A stretch of 62,912 bases of DNA, the filler included, from Bigelowiella natans CCMP2755 (lineage: Eukaryota; Protista; Cercozoa), in NCBI GenBank assembly GCA_000320545.1. It is 9 parts of 9 records of this genome, joined end to end, with 100 filler letters (N's around TTAATTAATTAA, not from the genome) between each part and the next. Parts side by side here need not be neighbours in the genome. Positions count along the whole stretch, not along the records: positions 18,742 to 33,956 come from ADNK01002888.1; positions 34,057 to 37,022 come from ADNK01003662.1; positions 37,123 to 39,081 come from ADNK01000818.1; 6 more parts are not named here. One strand, given 5' to 3'. The translations under genes and the position numbers were made by a program. Below, piece by piece: positions 24,451 through 38,980 of the stretch (positions are counted from its first letter, which is position 1; the number at the start of each line of letters is the position of its first letter). Below the pieces are notes generated by a model. That model was not told the DNA's origin and did not search any database. It saw only the letters and a program-made list of their open reading frames with translations.

Positions 24451-25119
24451 GCTGCACATACCCCGTTTTTGTTTTTGGCTGGAAAAACATGATGCGTTAT
24501 AATTCAGGTTAATTGAGCCATAGAATCATCTCTTCTTATCGATTCGTGATCTAATCATTCATCTTACCATATATACGGCTATCTGCGTGTGTATGTGTGT
24601 TTGTGTGTGTGTGTGTGTGTGTGCGTGTGTATTTAAAGTTAATATAGCATATCCCCTTACGGCTGATGATATCCTCGCTCATCGCCACTACTGCTTCTTG
24701 CTACTACCTCTGCACCACCTCGCTCACATCGATCTGTCATGTACATTTCCAATACAAAGACGACTCAGAGAGTACCACCAACAACACACACGAGCTAAGA
24801 CAATATTATGATTTGATTAGGCGCGGTAGCAACCACCATTTCGTCTAGTTGTAGATCGTCTATACTCCTTTCCAGCTCGTGCAGCGTGGGGCCATGTGAG
24901 GGCTACAAATATAACAACAGAGGTGTTTCAAACGATAATGCTCTCATGGCTATGTGCAGGAGGATAAGGCTGCGAGTACTCTTCACATGCATGCACACCC
25001 CATTGATTCGGTTCTTCCATAGAAGAGTATAGTTGCGCTGTATTTACAAGTTATCACACCGCTATTGGGATGTCATTGCACACGCATTTCCTCGCGACAA
25101 TAACCCCAATCTCCTTCAT

Positions 25120-26281
25120 TCAAAATTGAGTATTCAATGGTGAAATCGGTGAGGGGTGGATTTCAGATCTGGTCACTTGCTAGAATAGCAGTGCAGAGAA
25201 CATATATATCAGTCATCGTTGTCCATCTGTTGGCTAACCCTAATGCAATACCTTGTTTTTATGTTTCCTATGATGCTTCTTACGATGCTCCTTCTGATGC
25301 TCCTTCGGATGCCTTCGATCTGCAAATATGCCTCTCCCCCTCCCCTCTTCTTCACCAGCCTCCTGCTGATTCTCCTGAAGCTGCTTTTTCTCCTGAAGCT
25401 GCTTATTCTCCTGAGTTGTTTGTTGCTGACGATACGGTTAACATGCGTGAGTTTTTGCCCTTTTTAGACAAGAGCATACACGCATACTTTGCTCATGTAG
25501 CATGGTTTTACAAGAGTAATGACAATCATAATGATCATGGGATTCATATGAATTACGGATTGATATATCAAGAAATGAATAATTATAAAATATACTTTAA
25601 TAGATAGCACATATTAATAAACGATGTATACCTCATCTTTTGCTTGGTTTCTTTCTTCTATCTCGATCCTCCGTTTTTGTACACGGCGTCTGGCCTTCCC
25701 AGCTGCCATTTCTTTCTTCCTTTGCTCGTTTTCAATCCCTAATAACAACGTGGTGATACATCGTGTCATCATCATCATCATCATCCGTGATTGACTACCG
25801 ATCATACTATTGAGGTTATATGATAAATATTTACGCACCAAATAAGACCAAAGTAGGAGACACACACGCACACACACCATTAAATGTGTATCAACGACGA
25901 AAAATATCCAACATGTGATGATGCTAATTGATTCACGACGCGGCAAATGTTATATTCTCATAACACAACATCTCTCGTACGAGTTTCAACTGCAGCTTTC
26001 TCCCTAAGAGCCTTTTGCTCCTCCTCGTTTTTCTGAGCAAAGAGCAAAGTACACACGATGTATAACCAAACGACTCGCAATAAAACTGCGAACAGTGTGG
26101 ATATGTATGAAAGCACTAAATCAACACATCTGCCCAGCACCCGCAAGTTACATGATGATTCGCATCGTGCTCGCAATAATCGAGGATAAAGAAGAATGAT
26201 GGCTACCAATTTGTACTCCGTATCGAGTCTTTCCAGGACCTTGGTCACCTCCCCCTGCAAGGGCGGAGGAGGACAACGAGA

Positions 26282-26321
<40 letters not shown>

Positions 26322-26676
26322 TGGAAAATACGAGAAGAGTGAGCAGCGACAACAACCCAAGCAACAAACATAATCTATCACTTATCGTGCAGCATATTTG
26401 AAAATGAGCTTTTCATCACATCCCCCTCCCCTTCGCCCTTTTCCTCCTCATCCTCCTCGTTCCTCTAGTCTTTTTGATGCTATACTTTACTCTCTGCTCA
26501 CGCCTGCATTGTGGTGTTTTAAGTGATTAATTTGGGCGAGGAATGACCCTTTTCTTCTCTTTCCTTTGGACTCTTGCATATACTGAGCGAAACTTCGCCT
26601 GAGAATAAGAGGCAAGAGCACAGGAGGAAATCTTATCAAATATGATGAGAATTCTATAAATAATTTATATATATAT

Positions 26677-26763
<87 letters not shown>

Positions 26764-26929
26764 ATGATCTCATTAACAATGAGCATTTTTTGAGAATTAG
26801 TTGTTCATATAACGCACAATAAGCACAGCTAAGCTTCTCTTTGCCTTTTCAGGTTTGACACCTAAGTTAACATATAAAGTATTGTGATATATATATACTC
26901 TCTCTCTCTCTCTCCCTCTCTCTCTCTCC

Positions 26930-26969
<40 letters not shown>

Positions 26970-28021
26970 GTAAGTGGGATTGACAGAGTGCCAAGTAGCC
27001 TGACCAAGGCCGTTTCGCTTGGACCAAAACTCCCAGAATTCACTGCGAGTAATCATGCCGTCATTATCCTGAATATTGACACCAACGACACACACCAATG
27101 AGTTCTGCCTCCTCCTCATCCTCCTCCTCCTCCTCCTCCTCCTTTCCGTTGATTTTGCTAATCCTATGAACGATGACGTATTGGATTGATGATGATGAGC
27201 ATGTAAGCTACCTCATCGTAGGCTCTCCATAGGGTTTCAAGTTTGTCTGCTTCTTGCACTCCAAGAGCCTAATACCCCCCCCGTGTTGTTGTTGTTGTTG
27301 ATGATGATGCTATGATGATAGAGAAATATAATATAATATATATATATATATATATATAATATTGCTTCTCCTCGATGCGGTGTTATTAACGTCACCCTCG
27401 CGACTAATACCATATCTTGCCCTTCTTCACGGTACAAATATTACTATGGAGAAGATATGGTAAACGAAACTTGTCTATTCATTCGATGCTATTCTTCTTC
27501 TACTCCTCCTTCGCATTGGCGTTGCATAAGACGCAAGAATAAGTAGCTCAAACATGGGATATAACAACTAATGCGCTCTCTGTGCGCTCTCTCTTTACTG
27601 TACGTACTGAGAGATGGGACTGAAACTCCCTTGCATCGATAGTGCCTGTCCTAAGGTTTGAACGATTGCATTGCAGGGGGGATGTTAGTTCTTCTTTCAA
27701 CGATGGTGAAGGATGATAATAACGACAAAAGCTCCATTGTTTTCTTTATTCCATATTGACAACCAAAAAAAGGTCTAGCATTCTCTATCGCTTTTGCTTG
27801 TCATTTGACACCACGTGGTGATGATATATCTGCGGGTTATTGCTTACTCGTCATCGTCCATAGCATCAAAGAGAACATTGACAGAGCTGGAATAGAGCAA
27901 ACAATGCATTCAAGAACTATCTTATTTGTGGTAGTGCGTGCCCCGATGTAGATGCTTCGTTGGCCATATCAACCGAACATGCAGCATGTGCTCCGTACAG
28001 TACAGAGCCCATAAAAGTGAG

Positions 28022-28058
<37 letters not shown>

Positions 28059-29265
28059 AGAGCTTTGCTTGATAAATTTGACCTTCTCAGATTTTTCCCT
28101 TTCAGCTCGACATCGTATATAAAACTGACCAATTAGAGCAGGGAACAAATATATACCATGTTATGAACAATAAACTGGAGACAGATGCTGCATATCATCG
28201 TCATCATCATCCTTATTATATTCTCCCCAATTATTTATTACTCAGCGTCTGTAGATTTCGCGACGATTGTTCGGAATATAATCTGCATCGATACAATTAT
28301 GCATCCATCAGCGAGGTTGCGTGTGAGTAGTAGCCACGCGGTCTTTCCTTTTAGGTAAGAAATGGTTGGTATATTATTGGGGAGGAGGGAGGCCTACCAG
28401 CGCTTTATGAACCCTCTTTTCGAATTCATTCCTCGTCACTAAGAATGGTAGCAAACTAATTAAAACGTGTCTATTCAATCCACGTCTGTGCGTGTCCTCT
28501 TTGATATACCATGTCTATTCGCTTCGATATAAAACTCAATAAACTCAGTCTCTGAAATAATGCCGTCGTTATTCTGATCAAGTAATAACAGTGAATGCAA
28601 CGTTTCATGAATGGTTGATATGAGACGCTTTACCGTGTCATAGTTGTCGAATATAGTCTGATAATCAATCGAGTGATGCGATTTCGAATAACCCTGCAAG
28701 AAATTCCAGCAATTGGTTTGTGAAATTTAATTAGAATTAACTATCACGTGATGTCTACGACATTAAAGAAACAAGTAGTGGCAGAAATCTGTGTGATGCC
28801 TTTCCTCGCAACGCCCAGATAATCATTACACCCATGGCTTCTGCTATGTACCTCAAACTGATCTACGATTTCCCTAATCGTCAGGTAGCCTGACCTGTAT
28901 GCAAGAGATTATCATATAATCAAACCACCCTGTATGCAACTGATTTTATAGCATACACTCACAAACACCACCCTGGAGAGCATCGACATGTACCATCACA
29001 TTTCAGTGCCTATGCGCAAAGATTTATTTTAATAAACTGTAACAATACCTGTCGTCATCTAAGGCAACAAATAGCTTCTTTGCTAGCTTTTGCCTATCAC
29101 CCTTGCACTTTTTTATCTGCAAGATGTCAGTTTGCGCACACATCCGGAAGTCATTTTTGCCGTCGTGAAAAGCTGTTCAGAGAAGACAAAACGCGTTACA
29201 CAGGCCAGAAATCAACCGACCTCCTTGTAGATCTCTTGCGGATCCTTCGAAAACTTGTTTCCCAT
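25120..29265 (-). CDS. Putatively N-myristoylated calcium-binding protein with four EF-hands, an IQ-like segment and a charged coiled-coil C-terminus
   Basis: Exon 1 (29265-29221) reads MGNKFSKDPQEIYKE (MGxxxS myristoylation motif). EF loops: DDDRSGYLTIRE, DTNNDGIISETE, DDDETGTIDARE, DEDNDGMITRSE. Then LAVLI/AKFRSVYARVQRKEKKR, GEVTKVLERLDTEYKL, KNEEEQKALREKAAVET, RIENEQRKKE.. and a Q/E/H/K-rich exon. The 3' terminal exon is uncertain. Confidence 0.85.
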
Positions 29266-29599
29266 CGCTTTCAATAGGATGGGGCAATGATGAGTTGAAC
29301 TGATCAATGAATGCAGGGGGGAGACGACGAGCTAGATATTGCCGTAAATGCCGGTACTGCTGTTGTATTCTACCAATCGTGTAAAATGATGTTCTTTTTA
29401 ATGCTGCGACATCTATTTTACGCCAAAATAATCTAGATAATTTACTCGTCATGGGCGACAGTTTTGCGATTCTTGGGCCCAGGAGAAATTTCCAAAAGAC
29501 GTTGCTACGACTCGTAGTGTGCGCAACAAAATAGGGTTGTCGCAGCCTCCTTTTCCCCTGCTTTTGGGGAAAATCCGGGACAGCTGGATGGGACAGAAT

Positions 29600-30420
29600 G
29601 GTGCGAGCATTTGGTGCAGCATGCTGGTGCAGAGCATGATTTCACTGTCATTGGCCTAGTAGCAATTGTTCATTAGTGGGATGCTAGTGGCTTAGCAGAG
29701 ATGTAGAGCAAGAGAGAGGAAGGAGAAAGATGCGATGTCTGTGGCAGTGTCTCTGAAACCAGCTAGCCAGTTCTGGAACTCCAGCTAGCCAGGAGTTCTG
29801 GAGTTGTTGGTGGTGCCGACACAGACGCTGCACGTTCACAGTCTACAAGTGTGGTTGTTTGACAGCGAAGTCAACCACCACATGCCGTCTGAATCAGCTC
29901 TGCGAGCATGCCAACAAGGACAGTGATTTGCATCACGTGCCCCTCTGCGTGCAACGCTGAACGCCCACCACCAGACCAGCCTAGCAGCCCATTCCATTCA
30001 GGCACTTTTCCAGATCGAACTCAGTTTCCAATGTCAAACTTTAGGCGCAGTGTGCGCTGGCGAAAATTGAGATGTTTGGACGCATGTGTGAGCCAACAAG
30101 CCTAGAAGCAACCGTGTGAAACACGCACGCGTGCACACGCAAGCTGCCAGAAAGGAAACTGCCATTGCTAGATTGCACCAGCAACGCGCTGCTGCACATT
30201 TATTATTAGACTTCCATCATCGTAAGCAATCTAGCAATGCTGAAATGCAACAATGCACGCTCTAGCTTAGACGTGCTAGCGCTAATGCATGATGTCTAGA
30301 TGTGACGAATGCAACCGTTCACAGTTTCGCATCACAGAATGAAACAGCTAGACAGTCCCGACCGTCCATGTTTTGCACAAGTAAACATTGGGTGATGTGT
30401 GCATTGGATATAAGTTCATC
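29600..30420. other. Intergenic CATG/CTAG-rich block
   Basis: Same composition (agctagccag twice, gctagcgctaatgcatgatgtctaga), between the EF-hand and PPR genes. Confidence 0.5.
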
Positions 30421-30438
30421 ATCATTTTCATTATGGTT

Positions 30439-30617
30439 TTATAGTTTCTGTTTTCCAACTGTCAAGAACTGTGCCCACTCTGCGTCCGTTAGTACCTGGC
30501 AAGTTAAGTTGCGTTGTGTTGAGTAGAACTGATGAGCATATACTGATATGTCTTTGCGTGTGTCTCTGTGTGTGCGTACATTTTTATTATTCCGTCGATC
30601 GTTACAAGCAATAACGG

Positions 30618-30675
<58 letters not shown>

Positions 30676-31637
30676 ATCGTCTGTTTGTATGTAGCAGATG
30701 TTATCATCACATGAATCTGGTACATATTTCCGAAAGAATCGTCCTACCTCGCTATGCGTGCTGCCATCATCAGCCTCGTGGTCAACATGCGACTCTTCAC
30801 TTGTTCTGCTCCTCTTCCCCCCCCCTCGAATCCCAATGTGAGACCTCAAGGAGCTTTGTCTTTTCATAATTCCAGAGAACACAGGCAAGGACTTAGCGCT
30901 CATATCTTGTGCAGCAGCAGCAGCAGCAGCTTCATGCTCGGGTGACATCTGCGTGACGTACATATCTGCCGCTGAATCTACCACTTCTTTTATAGACTCG
31001 CTAATTCTTTCAGGGTTTTTGCAAAGAACGTTTTCTCCTGATTTCCTCCTGCTGCTGCTGCTAGTAGGCTGCGCCCCCCCCCCCTCCTTTCTACTGTCAG
31101 GAAGGGGGCTCGAGCCAGAACCAGTGAAATGTACGTTATTGTTTTCTTGGTCTTCGGTGTTTGCTGAGGTCGTGTGGTGAGTAGACATGAGGGGGGAGTA
31201 GGAGGAGGACAGGGATAGAAGGTGCAAATCCATACGACTCTTAATTCCTTCACGGTTGATTTTCACTACATCGTAGGCTCTATCTAATAGCGAGTCTTCT
31301 TCCTCGTTCTCTCTATCGCCCTTCCTTCTTCGATCGGCGGTCATTCGTTTGCTTCTCCCCTCCCCCCCCACCTCCGTGCGAACAACGGAAGATCCTTCAT
31401 AGCGCAGCGCAGCTCTTGCGAGTGCTTTGTCTACGATTATCTCCGGTCTCAGCAACAACTGGTCGGGGGAGGAGGAGCCGTTTTTCCAACCTTCAAATGT
31501 CAATCTGAAGATGATGATGATGTTATAACAACAAAGGGAGCACGTTCCACGGCAGCGTGAATATATATAGTCCTTGCAGTTTGCGTATCTATACTACCAA
31601 TGTTGCATCACCGAAATGGTTGAAAGGATGATGATAG

Positions 31638-31673
<36 letters not shown>

Positions 31674-32563
31674 TTTCTCATGTTGGAGAGGGGCTCAGGA
31701 CTGCCCTCAGATGCCTCTATAGCTTCCATAAGTAGGTTAAACGTCGCGTAATCGAGGCTCAGGTTGAGAGATTTTGTCTGTAAAGTGTCGCACGTATGAT
31801 ATGATAATTTATATATGAGAGAGAGTGAGTGCGTGTGTGTGTGTGTGTGTGTGCATGTATGCTTGTGAATATGAGTACTTCGGGTGAGAGGGTATTACAC
31901 ATGTTTATATTCCCAAAAAATGTGTAATCAAAAGAGTACACAAGCACACGCACAAATATATGCATTATTTATGTATTATAAACTCGAGGACCTGTTTCAA
32001 TGCTTCTCTTGCCGTATTGAAGTCTTTATCGTTAATGCAGGCTAATATCACCGTGGCAAAAGCCTCCATTGATGGAAGAACACCCTATTTTCATATAATT
32101 GTCGTTACAAGATATTAGCATGAAGTAGCATGGATGTGTGTATGTTTGTGTGTGTATGTGTGTGTGTGTGTGTGTGTGTGCGTAAGGGAGGATGGAGAGC
32201 GTCAAAGCATAACCTCTTCGCACATCTGGAAAAACTGTTTGAGGCCGTTCTTGATGTCGCCCTTCTTCGTAAGAGCGAAAATCAGCGCAGAGTAGGTTCT
32301 GCAGTAGAGAGTTGAGAGAGTAACGTTAAAGCGAGCACGGCAAGGAGTCATCGTGCACACGAGGAGGAGGAGGAGGAGGGGACAACAAGGGCGTGAATCA
32401 TATCCCGCTTTCCAGAATGATATCACCAGGTTTTATATGAGAAGGAAGATGGTAGATGTATAGTTTGCGTGCAGCAGCCCAACCGTGTCTTCTACTTTGT
32501 GTGTTATCTAGACGAAGATCGTATCTGATGATCATCGAACATACATACAGCACTACTACACGT

Positions 32564-32594
<31 letters not shown>

Positions 32595-32782
32595 GTAGTA
32601 GGTAGTAGTATTTGAAGTAGAATTATTACGTGGAGTCAGGTCTTATGTTCGCCTCCTTCATCTCATCAAACACCTAAGGCAGTAGTAGCGGAGCAGCAGA
32701 ATACCATGATTCTAGTTGGTGGCAGATCCCTCCTCCCCCGCCCCCTCGCTTTCATCCCTTCCAGGTATGATATAATATTCAT

Positions 32783-32821
<39 letters not shown>

Positions 32822-33238
32822 TATACATATACATATACATATATCCGTGGTACCTTGCAAGTCAGCACCCAGTCTCCAGCTTTTGAAGAAGCAAGGATTA
32901 GAGCATTCATATGTGCATACCTATAACACACACACACACGCACACACACACACACACGCGCGCGCGAGCGCGCATACACAACACCAGAAGAACAATAACA
33001 ACAACGGCTATCAGCACATAGTAACAGCACGCAACGCACATATCATTAACGTGAGCGAAGCAGTAGTCTCCTACTACTCCTTATCCATGCAGCACCCACA
33101 CAGACTGTGTGCTGCCAAAGAGTAAAAGTTTTTGTTTTGATGTACTGCGTACGTCGTTCCATCAGGCTCAAGGTTTTGAGCTCTCAAGAGCTGAAATACG
33201 ATCAGTGCCTTGTTGTAGCGACCGGCTTTTTTATAAAG

Positions 33239-33327
<89 letters not shown>

Positions 33328-34370
33328 CGTGAGCAATGCTCACGTGTGCCCCCCCCCCCCTCCCAGCCTATAACCGCTGAGTATTGAAACTAAATCTCTA
33401 CAAGCATGCAGCTGCGTGGGGAGAGGGAGGTGGCATGAACCTGCACGTATTCATGAGAGAATTGTACGTCGATGTTTCTGGCATTACCCCTGATGACACC
33501 TAGAGGAGAGCATATAACCCTTTATAAAACCATCAGGCACCCACCATCTGTCTGCCATTAAATTCAATATATAGATATTAAATCATCGCTATCATTTGGC
33601 GCTTTTAGTTACGTGGGGCTCTATTAGGAGAATTATTGATTTAGTGTCTAAATCCCCTTTCCCCCCCTCCCATCCTTTTAGTCGCCTCTCACTCACTATG
33701 TTTGGGAGGTGTTTAGGTGAGGGCACTTACCATTTTGACGTACATACGCAGAGCACGTTCCCAGTGATTTGTCTTCTCAACATGTGGCAATCATCAAGTT
33801 ATACCTAATAAAGGAAGAGGAGGAAGAGGAGGTGGAGGAGGAGGAGGAGGAGGAGGAGGAGGAGGAAGAGAGAGTATTAGATACTAACGAAGACGCTGTT
33901 GTGTTGTTTGGGGATATGGACATCGAGGTACTTGCCTACTTACGTTTGCGTGTATGNNNNNNNNNNNNNNNNNNNNNNNNNNNNNNNNNNNNNNNNNNNN
34001 TTAATTAATTAANNNNNNNNNNNNNNNNNNNNNNNNNNNNNNNNNNNNNNNNNNNNTTTGTTTCTACAAACGCTTACAGAATAATATGTGTTTTTAGAGA
34101 GAGAAAGTGTGTGTGTTTGTGTGTGTTTGTGTGTGTGCGCGCGCGCGTATGACAAAACGCAAATACCGTCGCTTGCCAGGTGAGGGGGAGACTCATAAAC
34201 AGCTCGCAGGTACGCTTGGCCAAGAATCCACCGATATTGTCCGATGTCTTCCCATCGCTCGTTCCCCTCCTCAAAGGAGAGTTCATCGTGGCCGACGCCT
34301 TCACCTCTCCTTTACCTGCACGAGTGCGGCGGTTGCAGCACATCGAGGGTAGGAATAAGAAGAGGAGAGA

Positions 34371-34415
<45 letters not shown>

Positions 34416-35014
34416 GAGAGAGAGAAAGGGAGATGGAACTAAATGAGCACGGAGCAAGAATATATACATCCTGAGGTGCAATGCGCCCCCCCCCCTCCTA
34501 ACTTTCTGTCGCGTACTGCTCCTTAGCTATATCTGCGCACCACCATCATCATCAAATCTTCACTGCAAAAAACCTGCAGATGATGCTGCCGCCGCTTTGC
34601 CGGTGTCCTCAGTAAGCATAGCTTCGAGCTCCTCTCTCCTTGCCTTCTCCTCCGCCGTTTGCTCTTGGGGAGGAGGGACGACGTAATACCTGCAAAATGC
34701 ATGTGCCCGGGGGAAGGGAGGGGGGGAGGATGGAAACGGCGAAATACAGAGACAGTGCTAAGATAGAGCAAAATCGTCATCGTCACTTATCAACATCAAA
34801 AAGTATGAATCATCAGTATCACAGCCCCCTCCTTCTCAAATGGGAAATCGAAAGGACCAAAAAATAAAAGCCTAATCCCGGTTGAAGGGGGGAATCGGAC
34901 AGATTGCGTACGGCATGCTCCAATAATCAGCAACTCAACACCCGATACTCCTCACACGAAACACTGCACTCATATACAGAAAATGCGGAGGGATATAACT
35001 GGAAACAGAAAGTC

Positions 35015-35063
<49 letters not shown>

Positions 35064-35351
35064 TGCAGCAGCCGCCTTCAAAGCGACTTTGGTGGCCGAA
35101 TAACTGGGGGGGATTTGGATTCCGCAAAGGGGGTGCATGTTATGAGAGGGGGTGGCATGGCGAAAGAAGAATTGAGACTATCATTCTGTGCAACGACGAA
35201 GTGCCCGCGTTGAGGGGGTGGGGGGGAGGGGGTTGATATCAGCGGGTATGATATGCGCTAGTGTGAGAAGGGTCGTGTTAATTTTCAATACTTTCTTTCT
35301 TTTGTTTAGGGACGGACAATCGGTCATGTTATTGCAGGAAATGGTGGTGAA

Positions 35352-35392
<41 letters not shown>

Positions 35393-35506
35393 TACTCGGA
35401 GAATTCGGAGAGAGACGTTTCGCTGTTAATCTCGCTAGATTCCAAGCTTTGCTGGGATGATGTTATATGTGCCTGCTGCTGCTGATGCTGCTGCTTTGAT
35501 CTATTC

Positions 35507-35564
<58 letters not shown>

Positions 35565-36706
35565 TACACACACACGTACACATACACATAGACGTCACAC
35601 CCAACATCAAAGAACCATCTATTTGTACGAATATAAAAATAAGAGAATGTTGTCCGTTGCGTGTTTTCCTACCATGCTCGCCATCGCTACCCCACCCTTC
35701 CCAAAAGCTCTCCGATTCATTGCTACCTATACGCGGTAGGCGAGATCTGCGGACGCTTTCCCTTTCTTCGGTAAAATCTGGCATTGTTTTTTGCCTCGTT
35801 GCAGTTGTTGGTAGGACCCAAAGACTTGGCATCGCTATCTCTCTCGCGCCCCTCCCCATCGATCGCCCCTTCGGCCTTTCTCCTGGAACTCGCGTCGCTG
35901 CTGTCAATGCCCTCGCCTCTCCCCCCCCGGACCGTGGCTGAAACGAGCGGGGGTCTTCTGCCCCTCCCCGTGACGTTTGCGCTGGCAGCGTGCCTGGGCG
36001 CTACTGCGAGAGGGTTGCCCAAGGACGTTTTGGCCTCGCCCCTGACAGAGTAAGCAGTGTTTATTGCGAATGAGAGATAGAGCGCAAGCACACGTTTGCT
36101 TTTGTCTAGTTGTGAGAGAGGGGGGGGGGGGAGGGCTATTAGAGGGAGGGGGGGAGGAGGAAGAGCAGGAAGAGAAGAGGAGAAGGAAGAGGAGGAGGAG
36201 GAGGAGGAGAGGATTCTAAACGGAGAGGATTCTAAACGGAGAGGATTCTAAACAGAGAGCATACGCAGTCGTCACCAACACCATCATCCATACACAACCC
36301 ATTTCGGAAGAACGATGTCCAATTCAGCACAAACTCCTCCATCATTGTGCCTACAGAGGAGAAACATAGGAAACTTAAGCCGATTTCAGGAGAGCGCGGG
36401 AGGGGGGGGAGGGGGGGGCAGAAATTCCCAAAGACAGCGCACAAACATCCATTTATGTACTATGCTAAATTACCCATATAAATCATTGAACGTTGACTGA
36501 TGCTTCCTTTCCCTTCTCCATGACTGGAAGAGGAGGAGGGGAGGGGAGGCAGCGGTCTCTCTTTACAATCGTGCTGCGGAACTCTTCCCGCCGCTATTTG
36601 CGAGTATGAGAGACGCGACGAATAGCCTTTGAGTAATACGCCTGATGATACGACAGCACGCACAAGAAAAAGCATAGCATACAGAGAAGGGATAGACGAA
36701 TATATG

Positions 36707-36745
<39 letters not shown>

Positions 36746-37220
36746 CAAAAGTGTGCAGACCCGCGCTCTCCTCAATCTTTACTCGCAACATGGCGTTGGC
36801 CAGGATCACGTAGAATTGCAGCTTCTCCGACGGCACTTTGGCGACGTTGAAGGACCTCGAAGATGAAACGAATGCCTCCATGTCTCGAGATTTGAAAAAG
36901 GACTCCTCAATCGCCATCACAACCTATATACATACATCATCACATATGCACCATGCAGGCAGCGTTGCTGGTATTAGAAATGGGAGAGGGGCTGGTGGGC
37001 TGGTGGGCTGGAGGGGGGAGGGNNNNNNNNNNNNNNNNNNNNNNNNNNNNNNNNNNNNNNNNNNNNTTAATTAATTAANNNNNNNNNNNNNNNNNNNNNN
37101 NNNNNNNNNNNNNNNNNNNNNNTTTATCAATGTATATCAAACTTATTCACCCTGTTCGTGGTCCCATTTGGTGTGCGGTTTTCACTAGCGAGTGAGGACC
37201 CCCCCCCCCCCCCCCCCCCC

Positions 37221-37260
<40 letters not shown>

Positions 37261-37571
37261 ACCGGCCACGGGTTGATAAGTAGCCTGCTTCGGTCGTTCC
37301 CCTTTATATTCACGACACAACGTGGGTGTGGGATAACAACAACAACAACAACAACAACAACAAGGGGATACGAGCACAAGGTGACAAGTAGTAGCAAGAA
37401 GTGAGGACAGGCCTTCTGCCGCAATATATGCTTTGAAGAGAAAGAGAAAGAAGAGGAAGAAAAAGGTCATGGGATATGTAGAGGATGACAAGGAAAAGAC
37501 GACGATATAGAGAGGGGTGTTGCGGAGCTGCTGATCTGCCATCATAGATTCTCGTCGTAACTGTTATATAT

Positions 37572-37609
<38 letters not shown>

Positions 37610-37731
37610 TCAATCGCACGTGCCTTTCCTTCGCCATCGTTGCTGACGCTGAAGCATGTCCACAGCCCACTCAAGCCCTTTATAAGCAGTAGAAAAAATA
37701 ACAATGATAACGTTTCTTCAGAGAACATCAT

Positions 37732-37784
<53 letters not shown>

Positions 37785-38004
37785 GAGGGAGAGAGAGAGA
37801 GAAATAAACATTTATGCTGCGGAGTGACTGACGATGAACTTCCATATCTTCCTACATCTATCTCTGCAATTCATTGCATTGCGTGCCGAGAAGCAGCAGC
37901 GGCCATTATTTACCTGGAGGTGCTTGGACAGTGCTAGAGCTTGATCCATCTGTGTCGCTAGCCCTTATTATCACAATATTTAAACACACACACACACACA
38001 CATT

Positions 38005-38036
<32 letters not shown>

Positions 38037-38946
38037 GATGTAATATGTAGCATCAGTGATGTCATCCCTTCCCCCCCCTCGGTAAGTAACTTATACCCCG
38101 ACTCGGAGTCCGACGTCACGTTGAAGCCAGAGCCGCTGGAGGGTAGTAAGCGGCAGCAGGACATGCAGCAGTAGTTTATTCGTGGTTTGACAATGATGAT
38201 GATGATGATGATGATGATGACGACGAAAATGAAGGTAAAAAGTGAAAGATTGGAGGCGAGGAAGAGAATGAGGATGGTAAAGATTATGATAAGGAGAGGA
38301 AGGAAGGTGGAGAAGGCAGCAGCAGCACCACCAGCACCACCAGCAACAACAGATGATCATGCCTGCATATGTATATATGCAGTCTTACACACCGCCGTCC
38401 CCTCCTCCTCTGCCTCGGACCAAAGCTTTCGCCTTCGTCGCGCCCCTCGCCATAAGCGCTAAAATAGCGGAAGGACTGCGACGCTGCTGCTGCTCCTCCT
38501 CCTCCTCCCTTTTCCTCCCCCCTGCCCGATGCTTTTGGTGATCGAAGTGCCCGCCCTCTTCTTCTCTCCTCCCTCGCCGCGTACGCGTCTTCGAGGTGTC
38601 TACGTGCTTCGGCGCCCCCCGGTGAGATGCTCAGAGGCCAGCCTCCTTTATTACCAATGTATAATGAATAACATCATATAGATGGGTGCTTTGGGGATAT
38701 AGTAGGGAGATGTATTGAGGAGGCATGCGTTTTGGGATCGTCGGTGGGGAGAATCACACGCACCATCCCCGAGCCGCCCTGAGGTGCGAAGAAGCCGGCG
38801 GAACCTGAAGGCAAGGTGGAAGTGAGAGGGTGTTGTCATCTAACTGTTGTCGTGGGAAGGTCGGCATCAATGTATATTGCATCTTATGTCGTGTTCCTCC
38901 TCCACTCTCCTCCTTCTCGAGAGCGATGGTAGAGATGATGATGATA

Positions 38947-38980
<34 letters not shown>

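Noticed and set aside
29177-29640. 91-aa minus-strand ORF (MTSKLSRLFW...) extendable to ~155 codons
   Set aside because: It overlaps the better-supported first exon MGNKFSK.. in another frame and has no recognisable homology; it is probably promoter or 5' UTR.
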